DNA of 64,000 nt, taken from assembly GCA_000146465.1 (NCBI GenBank), contig CP001944.1; one strand, 5' to 3'. The notes beneath the pieces were generated by a model that was not told the DNA's origin, did not search any database, and saw only the letters and a program-made list of their open reading frames with translations. The translations under genes were made by a program, and so were the position numbers. This document shows, in pieces, positions 1 to 9,345 of the stretch (positions are counted from its first letter, which is position 1; each line of letters opens with the position of its first letter).

Positions 1-227
1 TAGTAGAGCTGGAGCTGAAGAACAACGATCATTTGAGAGGGCTCCTTTACAAATGCGATATGGCAATGAATCTCCATCTCAAAAGTGTTACCATCCAGAA
101 GGAAGACGGGAGTTCTATCTTCATTAATGAGTGCTATCTAAAAGGAACATCCATTAAGCTTGTGAAGCTGGAATCGAAGATTCTCTTGGAACAAAGAGAA
201 GAGAGTGTGTCTAGTAATAAAATATGA

Positions 228-1130
228 CTAATTTTTATCTGGTGAAGATCTCCACTGCCAAAACATTCCTATGAACGAGGTTATTATCCATACGCTTAAC
301 GGGGCAGGTAAAGATGAAACCTCTAGATACTTAGTATCTTCCAGGTCCAGAATCAAGTCATAGAACCCTAGGGCATAGTTTTCAGTGATAAGTTCGATTG
401 ATACCAACAATATAAGAGATCCGGTAACGGCAAACAAGAGAATAAGCAGGTACTTTACCATTCTTCTTGTTACATAATATAGAATTACAAAAGATCCCAG
501 AAATAGGGTATAGAAGATTTCCGGATCTGTCTCCTTGTATTTCTCAAAGCCTATATGAAAAAACATCCTGTATATAACATAAAGCCCGGCAACAAACAGT
601 AGGCCACTAGCTATTTCTAGAAACCACACAAGAGCAGATGCCAGAAAGAGGGAGACAACCCATAAGGAAACGGGATCGGTGCTACTCCCTCCAAGTAGAT
701 CTTTAGAACCTTGCAATATATCTGGAGGAATGTGGTATGTCTGCACTGTCTTTGGTGAGATAGAATTAATACCTTCCTTTATATCGCAGAAGTTGTAGTA
801 AACTATTGCAGCTATGTATGGTGCCAGGGATATTCTTGGAAAGCGGATGCCGTAGAAGGTCACGAAAAACGACCCTGCAAGTATGGCCCATGCCCCTATG
901 GAGCTTGGGAAGAACATGTCCTCATAATAGCCCACAAAGTCGTTGATAAGTTCAAATAAGAAGTAGCACGATACCTTTCTTATAAGGAGAAAGGAAAAGA
1001 TAATCTTCATCAATTTTCTGTAACCTAACAACGAAATTATTCCCATCAGTAAAAACTTTCTGTGTTTCAGATGGTGGGGTCTAAACAAATAGTCTTGAGT
1101 AGGAAACAATTTAATATGAGACTTTGTCAT
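228..1130 (-). CDS. polytopic membrane protein of unknown function (~8 hydrophobic segments)
   Basis: 300-aa ORF starting at a true ATG (CAT at 1128-1130 on + strand). Multiple long hydrophobic stretches. No recognisable catalytic motif. Its start overlaps the stop of the upstream SPC12 gene in an ATGA. Confidence 0.5.
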   Translation of the reverse strand: MTKSHIKLFPTQDYLFRPHHLKHRKFLLMGIISLLGYRKLMKIIFSFLLIRKVSCYFLFELINDFVGYYEDMFFPSSIGAWAILAGSFFVTFYGIRFPRISLAPYIAAIVYYNFCDIKEGINSISPKTVQTYHIPPDILQGSKDLLGGSSTDPVSLWVVSLFLASALVWFLEIASGLLFVAGLYVIYRMFFHIGFEKYKETDPEIFYTLFLGSFVILYYVTRRMVKYLLILLFAVTGSLILLVSIELITENYALGFYDLILDLEDTKYLEVSSLPAPLSVWIITSFIGMFWQWRSSPDKN

Positions 1131-1390
1131 TCTTTTTTGTCTTTAACAGGTGCCCGGAACTTCAGTGGATTTCGGCGGTAAAATCTCCAGGACGGAACCA
1201 CAACAATAATCGAGATGATTAGGGTTGCAATACTTATATACATCGTGTATGCAAGGTCATTGAGCACAACTCCAACTATAAGCCCCAAAGTGTATCCAAC
1301 TCCAAATATAAGATACATAAGGTCGGATGCCAGTTTTTGGCCTACGTAGTCCGCTGGCGGGTCTATCTTCGACAGAAAGGATTTATACAT
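1127..1390 (-). CDS. SPC1: signal peptidase complex subunit SPC12 (SPCS1 family)
   Basis: 87 aa with two TM helices. Motifs 'GQKLA', 'PxWxFYRRxPLKF' and overall layout match SPCS1/Spc1. True ATG; AAATTT plus CCC signal ('gaaattttttgcaaaccctgaaATG') immediately upstream on the minus strand. Confidence 0.7.
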   Translation of the reverse strand: MYKSFLSKIDPPADYVGQKLASDLMYLIFGVGYTLGLIVGVVLNDLAYTMYISIATLIISIIVVVPSWRFYRRNPLKFRAPVKDKKE

Positions 1391-1411
1391 TTCAGGGTTT
1401 GCAAAAAATTT

Positions 1412-1681
1412 CTATAAAGCCCTATCTGCTCCCAGAATCGAGTCTCCGGTAATGTTCTTGTCTCTCCTGTAGATATAGACAAATGGAACTGCCGTACAAA
1501 ATGCAAGATGTCCGATAGATAACAGCGAACATCCTCCTGCTATTATCTTTTTGATTCCGTTAGGGATTTGTCCAACAGATTTTTCGATGTGGTAGTAGAT
1601 AACTATTGGAATCTTCTTTATTACCGGAAATTCCTCATATTCCCTTGTGGCCTTGCTCTGAAGTTTGGTATCCTGTTCCAT
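1412..1681 (-). CDS. small hypothetical membrane protein (89 aa)
   Basis: The track ORF starts with GTG; the first ATG gives MEQDTKLQ... One to two hydrophobic segments. CCC signal upstream. No family recognised. Confidence 0.3.
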   Translation of the reverse strand: MEQDTKLQSKATREYEEFPVIKKIPIVIYYHIEKSVGQIPNGIKKIIAGGCSLLSIGHLAFCTAVPFVYIYRRDKNITGDSILGADRAL

Positions 1682-1731
1682 CACAAGGGTCTTGGAAGAT
1701 CCCCATTTTAGTTTTGTGATAGAAGGTATCT

Positions 1732-3507
1732 CTATACCTCCTCTTCATCACTTGTTACCACCTTCATATTATTTTCTGTACCGTAATGGAGCGCCAAAGC
1801 ACCACTCACAAGAAAGAAGAACGTCATTACTATCAGCATGAGTATACAGGCCTGTATCCCAGTTCCATCAAGCCCTCGAAGCTTAATCTGCTCCTCTCCA
1901 GTAGTACGTGCATAAGAGCTCTCAAAAACAACTCCATTTAGTTGGTTTTGGAACGATGCTTTGACTGCATAGTACATAGGCGAAAGCCAAACCATCCATC
2001 TAAGATATTCAGGTATTGTATTTGGATTGTTGAAAGATCCGCTATAGATCAGAAAAACAAGCAGACCCATCGGTCCAAATACCTGAGAGTTACTTTGCGA
2101 AGACGTCATTGCGCCAATGGCCAAGGAGTATGCTATGCTGAACAAGATCAGAGAATTTGTAATGGCCAGAAATGTTAGAAAAGTTTTTAGATCGGAATTG
2201 AGTCCCATCATCCAGTATATTATCACTACATAAGGCTCCTCTATTATAAAGTTCATGAGAATTTCCGAACAGTACTTAGCCATAAATGCCGTGACTCCTG
2301 AATACATTCCAGACCTCCTCTCTCTGAGTATCACTTTTCTCTCATATGGAAATATGCTGAATATAGGATTACATATTCCAAAAACAGTATTCGTTAGAAT
2401 AAATGTTATGCCTCCTAGTCTAGTATATATGCTTTCTACAGAATACCCTATGTTGAGGAAGGCAAATCCAAATACAACCATGAAAAATATCTTCTGGAAA
2501 GCCTTCACTTTCAGATAGTTGATATTCCTGATGTAGTTCTTCAAGTTCCTGTTCAAAAGAAGCAGAAAACCAAGGGACAACTTGTTCTCACTACTTTTCC
2601 CCCTAACCTCCTCATGAAGCTTCGCCTCCAGATTCTTCTTTTTCTTTCTCCACTCGTTAGTTATATGGGAGATCGTTCTCAGGCTTTTCTCTTCCTTATC
2701 TTTTGTTCTCGTGTCCAGACTTATTGTCTTCAGAAAAAAGTCCATTGGATTTGTAAGCTCGGGAAGCCGATATCCACATTCCTCAAAAAACGCAATACAG
2801 CTTTTGATATCTCCATCATAGACAATGTTACCCATCGTCATCAGAATAAACTTGTCGAAAAAATTCATCATCTCATAGGATGGCTGGTGGATGGTTACTA
2901 AAATAGTTTTTCCCATCTTAGACAAGTCCCTGAGCAGACTAAGGATATTCAAGGCATTAAATGAGTCCAGCCCACTAGTGGGTTCGTCACAAAACAATAT
3001 AGGGGGATTCCCCAGTAACTCAACACCTATTGAAACCCTCTTTCTCTCCCCTCCAGACAAGTTTGCTATATACTTGTTCTTGGAATTGCTCAATCCAAGA
3101 AGTGCTATTATTTCTTCTATTCTGTTCTTTACCTTTTGCTCCTCTCCCTCACTTTTTATCTTTATCTTCGACGAAAATAGAAGTGTCTCATAAACCGTCT
3201 GATACTCGTATGCGTGGAATTCCTGTTCAACATATCCAATAAAATTCCCCCAACTATTCTTGGACCTCTGGCACGAATTCAGGAAAATCTCTCCACTAAG
3301 ATCCATATCAGAAGAGATCCTTCCAGCCAGTGAGTTCATTAGAGATGACTTTCCTGCCCCACTAGTCCCCATCAAAGCCGTCATCGTTGAAGGCTCAATC
3401 ACCCCACTAACCCCCTTCAGAATGGTATTCCTTGCTCCACCTAGTCCCTTTGAAGCCAGCCTTAAGTTTTTCCAAAGAAGTTCTGCTTTCTCTGATTCTA
3501 CTTGCAT
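1732..3507 (-). CDS. ABC transporter, ABCG (White/half-transporter) family: NBD followed by 6-TM domain
   Basis: Walker A 'GTSGAGKSS', ABC signature 'LSGGERKRVSIG', Walker B 'ILFCDEPTSGLDS', then a hydrophobic C-terminal half typical of ABCG. True ATG start. Confidence 0.9.
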   Translation of the reverse strand: MQVESEKAELLWKNLRLASKGLGGARNTILKGVSGVIEPSTMTALMGTSGAGKSSLMNSLAGRISSDMDLSGEIFLNSCQRSKNSWGNFIGYVEQEFHAYEYQTVYETLLFSSKIKIKSEGEEQKVKNRIEEIIALLGLSNSKNKYIANLSGGERKRVSIGVELLGNPPILFCDEPTSGLDSFNALNILSLLRDLSKMGKTILVTIHQPSYEMMNFFDKFILMTMGNIVYDGDIKSCIAFFEECGYRLPELTNPMDFFLKTISLDTRTKDKEEKSLRTISHITNEWRKKKKNLEAKLHEEVRGKSSENKLSLGFLLLLNRNLKNYIRNINYLKVKAFQKIFFMVVFGFAFLNIGYSVESIYTRLGGITFILTNTVFGICNPIFSIFPYERKVILRERRSGMYSGVTAFMAKYCSEILMNFIIEEPYVVIIYWMMGLNSDLKTFLTFLAITNSLILFSIAYSLAIGAMTSSQSNSQVFGPMGLLVFLIYSGSFNNPNTIPEYLRWMVWLSPMYYAVKASFQNQLNGVVFESSYARTTGEEQIKLRGLDGTGIQACILMLIVMTFFFLVSGALALHYGTENNMKVVTSDEEEV

Positions 3508-3553
3508 GGGCTCAAATAAATTACAGAATTACAATCCATGGAACGTACCCCAG

Positions 3554-4621
3554 ATGCCTGAGGGTATAAAGTCCCTGTTTGAGGGCCAGGAAGTATTTGT
3601 GGTGGTAGACGACACAAAAGTAAGAGTTCGGAAGGAAGAAATATCTACCGAAGGCAATTGCAAAAGGGAGGGAATCATTAGAGACATCCCCTTGATTGAA
3701 ATACGTTCTCTACATGTGAAAAACGATGAGGGATTCTTCTTGAAGTTAAGGTTGCTTGAGGAGACTATCATATTCAAGTTTGATAGCCACCATTCTAGAG
3801 ATATTATCAAGTCAATGATCCTTTCGTTTATGAAGACTGATCAGGACGTGATAAGGAAAATCTTGGAGTCGGATCCTGCTGTAAAGACAATGTTTAACAA
3901 TCTAAAACAATGTATTTCCTCTTCCAAGTTCTGGACAATCAACAAGGACAGGATGAGACAGATGATGCCTATAGTTCGGCAGCAGCCGTCAAGAGAAATA
4001 GAGGTTGACGAAAAGACTTTTATCTCTTCGCTAGACCCTGTGCTTCTAAATATATTTGGACAAATGAATTGCTCCGTAAACCAATTTTATAATCTTCTTA
4101 GGCAATCATACTTTTGTAACACCAAGAATGAAAAGAACAGCCTTGACCGGATGATTAACTCGGCAGTAAGAGATTATGAGGTCCGGCAGGATTTTGCTTC
4201 AAGAATCAACACCCATTCTGTTCTGGCTCTAAAACCTATAGAAGATGTGGAAATTCGTCCAAGCACAAAAGAGGGAAGGAAGGTGGAGTTTCTCCCCATA
4301 TATCCATTTGAGGAGGAGAAGCCAGAAAAGCCAAGGAGAGAGTTCCGGTTTGATAGACACCCGCTAAAGTGTGAATTGGATCTTGAGATTGTACCTATGA
4401 CAGAGAAGAAGATGTTTGAAAAGAAAGATCTTGTCTGGATCAGAGACTTGTCGAAAGTTGTGTACAAATCAATGAAGGAGGAAGATGGAGCATTTCTGGA
4501 CGAAGTATCCGAAATCACCAAAAGATTTCTGGATAATATGGAAAGGAAGTATGGGAAAGGATGTGATGTTTACCTCAAAAGAATTCTTCCAACTTATTTT
4601 ATTGAGGGGAAGAACAAATGA
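3554..4621 (+). CDS. PH-like N-terminal domain protein with two BSD-like motifs (possible TFIIH p62/Tfb1-like)
   Basis: Track ORF 3260-4621; the upstream part is antisense to the ABC gene. Start set at the ATG preceded by 'ccccag' (3554); an alternative ATG lies at 3506. The N-terminus 'GQEVFVVVDDTKVRVRKEEI...FFLKLRL' looks like a PH fold. 'KFWTIN' and 'FYNLLRQSYF' resemble BSD motifs. The family assignment is tentative. Confidence 0.45.
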   Translation: MPEGIKSLFEGQEVFVVVDDTKVRVRKEEISTEGNCKREGIIRDIPLIEIRSLHVKNDEGFFLKLRLLEETIIFKFDSHHSRDIIKSMILSFMKTDQDVIRKILESDPAVKTMFNNLKQCISSSKFWTINKDRMRQMMPIVRQQPSREIEVDEKTFISSLDPVLLNIFGQMNCSVNQFYNLLRQSYFCNTKNEKNSLDRMINSAVRDYEVRQDFASRINTHSVLALKPIEDVEIRPSTKEGRKVEFLPIYPFEEEKPEKPRREFRFDRHPLKCELDLEIVPMTEKKMFEKKDLVWIRDLSKVVYKSMKEEDGAFLDEVSEITKRFLDNMERKYGKGCDVYLKRILPTYFIEGKNK

Positions 4622-4674
4622 CATGGCATCTTCTCAAGCATTATTAGGATTTTCCCCAGTCCTTGGTATTTGAA

Positions 4675-5361
4675 ATGGACCAGGAGGACAAGATAGTATT
4701 TTCAAGTAAGGAGGTCAAGGAGTTTCTGGGAATCAAATTCATCACTGAATCGTGTGTGCTTCTGAGACTCTCCTACCAGGTGAGATACAAAGCATTGGTG
4801 CTGTTTTATAACTTTTGCGAGGAAATAGATCTTGTAGACCTATGCACGGCTTCCATTCTTTTAGCCTCAAAATTAGAAGAGGAGGTTTGCACTCTGAAGA
4901 AGGTGATATATGTCTTCAATTATCTTTACACAAAATATGAATCAAAGGCTGCTCCACTAACAAACAGACAATCCATAAGGCTCAAAGAAGGATGTGTAAT
5001 TGCCGAGACACGGATTTTGAAGTCATTAGGGTTTGATGTGTCTTTTGAAGATGTGTATTGTGACTTTGTTGAATTCCTCCAGACAATGGATCTTCCGATA
5101 GATTTCATAGACAAGGCCATCCAGGTTTTTAACACAATGATACAATGGCCTGAGGTGAAGCTCCTAGACTCCAAATCCCTGGCCAAAGCTACAATAGAAT
5201 CGTTATTTGGGCAAAACAAGGAATTCAAAGACTTTGTCTCAAGATATAATATGTTCCAAAAGAAAAAGTTCGATTTACAGACATACAAAGAAATCCCTAC
5301 CATAAGAAACATAGACGAAGGACTGGTTGCAGACTTTGCTAAGAGACAGAAGCGAAGATAA
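4675..5361 (+). CDS. cyclin-box protein (cyclin C/H/L-like, transcription-type cyclin)
   Basis: Cyclin box 'YKALVLFYNFCEEIDLVDLCTASILLASKLEEE' (typical 'A..LASK.EE'). 228 aa from the first ATG (the track start is TTG). Confidence 0.7.
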   Translation: MDQEDKIVFSSKEVKEFLGIKFITESCVLLRLSYQVRYKALVLFYNFCEEIDLVDLCTASILLASKLEEEVCTLKKVIYVFNYLYTKYESKAAPLTNRQSIRLKEGCVIAETRILKSLGFDVSFEDVYCDFVEFLQTMDLPIDFIDKAIQVFNTMIQWPEVKLLDSKSLAKATIESLFGQNKEFKDFVSRYNMFQKKKFDLQTYKEIPTIRNIDEGLVADFAKRQKRR

Positions 5362-5399
5362 ACACCAGTAAGGGAATAAAATAAGGTGAAGGCGGCTGT

Positions 5400-7970
5400 T
5401 TAATTCTTTCTTCTTTTTCCAGGCTCTTGGTCATATTCCTCCTCGCTGTCATCTTCCTCATCTTCATCGTCCGAGCTGTCGTAATCGCTTTCATCTTCCG
5501 ATGGATCCTCGCTCGATATATCACTTACATCTTCATCATCGGTAGAAAGATCTTCTGTCTCCGAAGAGTTCGACTCCTCCGAAGTCTCGAGTTCCTCATC
5601 TTCAGAACTCTCTTCACTATCTCCAACCATGAGGCCAGACCATGCTCCATCTTCATAAAACGAAATTGGGTCCTTCATTATGCTTCCAATAACGTTATTC
5701 CACCGGATGCTTGCTGAGGTCTCCATAAATAAGATGTTATTTGAGTCAAGGTACTCTTTGAGCTTGTTAACGCTTTGCACATCTACGCTTAGTATGCTTA
5801 CAAGGAGACGAGACTTATTCTTCATAACCACATCCAGAGGATATTTGTTCTTCAAGATAAAAAGCACATCTACAGTCTTCACTGTCAAAACAACCCTTTC
5901 GAAATTCACCACTTCCACATCCTCGAGAGTCAGTACAAAATATGGCGCTTCGTCAAGACTAACAAGGCATTCGTGGGTTTGTTTGATCATGACATTCTCC
6001 CGGAATGGAACCCCATGGAATCCGGTCTTTGGAATTTGAACCTTGAAGTCTGTCTCAGACTCAATGATGTTTACAAAGGATCTAAACTGCTGGTTGATTG
6101 CTTCCTGTCTATCCTCCTCTTCCTTCTCGATAATGTACTCCATATGTTCGTCTCCCCTTTTCATGGTGTCATAAATCATCCCACTCCCTGCCTCTCGATA
6201 AAACTGTACGTTGGTAACCTTTCCTCCAAGAATAATAGGATTCAATAGATGCAAGTGGAGGATAGCATTTGTTTCCACATTCCCCTCGGAAAAAAATATA
6301 TGCCGGATATTCGAAAATAAAATCACAACATTTTCCTCCTTGAACCTAAATCCGTTGGCATGAAGCTCCAGACTACCAACCTTCCGGCGTCTAGATCCCG
6401 TCTTTATGTCTGTTCTCATATAGACATCTGTAAGGCTAAGAGGCCTCTGGCTAATCTTCAGCTCTTCGAAGCTCTCTGCTTCGCCAGCTGTTTTTCTTGT
6501 TGAATGAATCTTCTTCAGGTTATTTATCTCCTCGGCCAGCTCCCGCGAGTTGTTTCCACGAAGGCTTATCGATTTGATGGTGCTCTGGGTGCTTTCGCCG
6601 CCTTGCTCATGCTCCGTCTCCTCTGCTCCATCTCTTCCCTTGGGCTCTGCTTTGAAGTTGATTCGAAGAATCTTTTCATCCGTGACTGCAATGCTCTTAA
6701 TGCTTGAAACATGGAATGGCACAGCATAACTTCCAATCGGTACCACTATCGATTCTCGAGAAAAATCCACCACTAGCCTCCCTTGTCTAGGAACAAGGCT
6801 TTCTTTACCATATGGAACTATCTTATCTTCCTTTTTTTCCTCGTCCTTTCCAGAATCCGAAAGGTTTCTATAGAACTCAAGCCTCTCCTCAATGAGCTTG
6901 TCAAGTAGCTCCTTCTGATGCTCTTTCCTCCTCATGCTCAACTCATACTCCTTTGTCTTATCTCGGAACCGTGATCTTTTATCTAGAAAGTCGGGTGCCG
7001 CATCCTGCAACGTTAGATATTCCGGAACCTCTTCAAGGATAAATGTGTTCGACAAAGACATCGTCTCATTATTCAATCTTATTACAAAAACACATCCCTT
7101 CCTAAGGATAAACGAATTCTTAAAACTTCTTTCCTTGCTCATCAGTCCTATCGTGTATATAAAGTCCGGATCAAATACAAGTCCGTTTTCTGCAAAGTAT
7201 TTCTCTCCTTCCGAGTATACAGTCGAAGAATCCGTTCCCTCCCGTACTAGTCCTAGAATATACTCCTGGGCCATATAAGCTTCTTCCATGTTCGTTACAA
7301 TGGTCCTAGATGCTTCACTGCAATACCCATTGTATCTTACCCCAATTCTGACTCTGTCCCGAGTATATTCCACAGGAAATGAAAACTCGCACAAACTCAT
7401 GTCTACCCCATCCACATTCGAATTCATCATTTCTTCGAGCCTCGCCTTTTCAAAAGCTCCATCCCATAGCATCTCCATCCCCTTTTTCATCAGTGCAGAC
7501 ACCGCCATTCCCGAAGCCTTGGAGTTCTTAATCTCTTCATCATCTTTTGTCAGGAAGATTTCCCCCAACTTCTCAGTTGCATCAGACACACTGATCTTCT
7601 CGAGGATATTCCTGCAAAAGTCTCCCTGGATCTCCTCGGAATCCGCAACATAATATGAATTCCTGAGCATCCCGTAGATCTCATCCATGTTTGAGTTATC
7701 TTTGTTCCGCACAACAATGTTCAAGCACGAGATCTGTTTGAGAATCTCAGACTTCTTTTGGCTTGTTATCGCCGTGCATGTGTCATCAACTATTAAAATG
7801 GTCTCAGGAAACTCGTATCCAAGTAAATAGATAAAGAGAGCCGAGTTGATTCGAAACTCAAGAACATCTTGGCCCTTTCCCAGAAGAACAACCAAAGGCC
7901 CTCCAAGATGCTTTCTTATCTCCTTTGATCTCCTCTTAAATCTTTCTTCTTCAAGCTTGATCATCGACAT
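5400..7970 (-). CDS. SPT16: FACT complex subunit SPT16
   Basis: 856 aa. The N-terminal aminopeptidase-like domain ('LLGYEFPETILIVDDTCTAITSQKKSEILKQ') aligns with Spt16. The C-terminus is a long Ser/Asp/Glu acidic tail. True ATG with an AAATTT-like signal upstream. Confidence 0.9.
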   Translation of the reverse strand: MSMIKLEEERFKRRSKEIRKHLGGPLVVLLGKGQDVLEFRINSALFIYLLGYEFPETILIVDDTCTAITSQKKSEILKQISCLNIVVRNKDNSNMDEIYGMLRNSYYVADSEEIQGDFCRNILEKISVSDATEKLGEIFLTKDDEEIKNSKASGMAVSALMKKGMEMLWDGAFEKARLEEMMNSNVDGVDMSLCEFSFPVEYTRDRVRIGVRYNGYCSEASRTIVTNMEEAYMAQEYILGLVREGTDSSTVYSEGEKYFAENGLVFDPDFIYTIGLMSKERSFKNSFILRKGCVFVIRLNNETMSLSNTFILEEVPEYLTLQDAAPDFLDKRSRFRDKTKEYELSMRRKEHQKELLDKLIEERLEFYRNLSDSGKDEEKKEDKIVPYGKESLVPRQGRLVVDFSRESIVVPIGSYAVPFHVSSIKSIAVTDEKILRINFKAEPKGRDGAEETEHEQGGESTQSTIKSISLRGNNSRELAEEINNLKKIHSTRKTAGEAESFEELKISQRPLSLTDVYMRTDIKTGSRRRKVGSLELHANGFRFKEENVVILFSNIRHIFFSEGNVETNAILHLHLLNPIILGGKVTNVQFYREAGSGMIYDTMKRGDEHMEYIIEKEEEDRQEAINQQFRSFVNIIESETDFKVQIPKTGFHGVPFRENVMIKQTHECLVSLDEAPYFVLTLEDVEVVNFERVVLTVKTVDVLFILKNKYPLDVVMKNKSRLLVSILSVDVQSVNKLKEYLDSNNILFMETSASIRWNNVIGSIMKDPISFYEDGAWSGLMVGDSEESSEDEELETSEESNSSETEDLSTDDEDVSDISSEDPSEDESDYDSSDDEDEEDDSEEEYDQEPGKRRKN

Positions 7971-8027
7971 CTCAAGGATTAAAATTTTTATTCATCATCT
8001 AAAACTAAACTCCCTCTAGGACATCAC

Positions 8028-9251
8028 TCAATTAAAAAAGTATACTCTATTACTTTTTGTTCCACACACAAGCCCTCCTTCACTTCCCATGTCGAAGCAG
8101 TACACTTCATCATCACAGACTAAGTCGCTTACCACTTTTTTTTTGCTTACTCTAAACATCTTAACAGTCTTATCTTTGGAACATGAAACTATCAGGTCGT
8201 TCATCATCTTGACCTTGTAAACCAGATCTACATGCCGAAAGATTAGAAGCTGCTGGCCTGAATCTACGCTCCACAGTCTCACCGACTTATCAAACGATCC
8301 AGACGCTGCATAAAGACGGTTTTGAGATATGGAAACAGAGATAACCTCTGCATTATGCTTCATTCTTTTGTGAAGAACAAACCCCTTCCAAACAATAACA
8401 TCTCCTCCATCACATCCAGACACCATATAATTTCCATTACAGTCAATGGTATTAATTCCTGAAGAATGCCCCCTGAGTTCGTCTGAGAATCTGAGATTTT
8501 TGTAAACCTTGATTCTTCCATCTTTACTTCCCGAGGCTATGTAGTCCTCTCCAGAACAGATGCATGTAACAGGCATTGTGTGAGCATAGGAAAGAAGAAC
8601 TTCTCCGTTCAAATTCCATACCACAACAGAATTGTCTCTTGACCCCGTAACTAGACTCTCCTTGTAAAACTTCAATGCCACCACTCCTTTTCTATGTCCA
8701 AGGAAACTTCTAATGTATTCACCTTCTCTGGAATAGAGGTTAACACCTCCATCAAGCCCTCCACTAGCAACATATCTTCCATCGGGAGAAACATCAAGAG
8801 ACAAAACCCAATGGGTGTGTCTTTTGACTATTTTACTCTGCGTCTTTGTTCTTGCGTCCCAAAACCTAACTGTAGAGTCTCCTCCTCCAGTGACAATCAC
8901 TCCTCCATACCTCACGCAAAGGACAGGGCCTTCATGCCCACTGAACGACGAGGAGCAATGGAAGGCTGCTTGTGTTGCAGGTTCTTCGTCACTCATTCTA
9001 ATCTTTATAACCTCTTCTTCCGACGAGATTCCCAGCAACTCCAATGTCTCCTCAAGCGTCTCAAGGACTGGTTGGCCATTAATGTAAAGCGAGAGGGTTG
9101 TATTTGCAAGCAATTGCAGCTGTGATCTAAGTATCTTAACGGGTATTTGAAGCCGATCCGATACTTTACGGCCCTCCTGGTCCTCAAACTCAACAAGAAC
9201 CAAACCCGACATGGGGGAGTGGAAGTTAAACATTTTATTGGCCCGATACAT
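8028..9251 (-). CDS. RSA4: Notchless/Rsa4-like WD40 ribosome-biogenesis protein (N-terminal NLE/Ubl domain plus WD repeats)
   Basis: N-terminus 'LVLVEFEDQEGRKVSDRLQIPVKILRSQLQLLANTTL' matches the NLE domain. 'GDSTVRFWD...RHTHWVLSLDVSPDGRYVASGG' is very close to the first WD repeats of NLE1. Confidence 0.8.
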   Translation of the reverse strand: MYRANKMFNFHSPMSGLVLVEFEDQEGRKVSDRLQIPVKILRSQLQLLANTTLSLYINGQPVLETLEETLELLGISSEEEVIKIRMSDEEPATQAAFHCSSSFSGHEGPVLCVRYGGVIVTGGGDSTVRFWDARTKTQSKIVKRHTHWVLSLDVSPDGRYVASGGLDGGVNLYSREGEYIRSFLGHRKGVVALKFYKESLVTGSRDNSVVVWNLNGEVLLSYAHTMPVTCICSGEDYIASGSKDGRIKVYKNLRFSDELRGHSSGINTIDCNGNYMVSGCDGGDVIVWKGFVLHKRMKHNAEVISVSISQNRLYAASGSFDKSVRLWSVDSGQQLLIFRHVDLVYKVKMMNDLIVSCSKDKTVKMFRVSKKKVVSDLVCDDEVYCFDMGSEGGLVCGTKSNRVYFFN

Positions 9252-9345
9252 CTCGTTCTTGATCTTGTATACCTTCTGCCAAGAAATGCACAGAGTAGAG
9301 CCAATGCAAGTACATCATCATTAGTGAAAAATTTATCCCTAGAGA

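Noticed and set aside
3505-3508. Four divergent gene pairs whose candidate start codons share or abut a CATG/CATATG palindrome: 3505-3508, 46702-46705, 58887-58892 and 60441-60444. This would suggest zero-length bidirectional promoters.
   Set aside because: In each case the plus-strand gene has a later in-frame ATG immediately preceded by a CCC and/or AAATTT start signal (3554, 46766, 58932, 60505). These later starts give sensible N-termini. The CATG coincidences arise because the track extends ORFs to the first upstream start-like codon.
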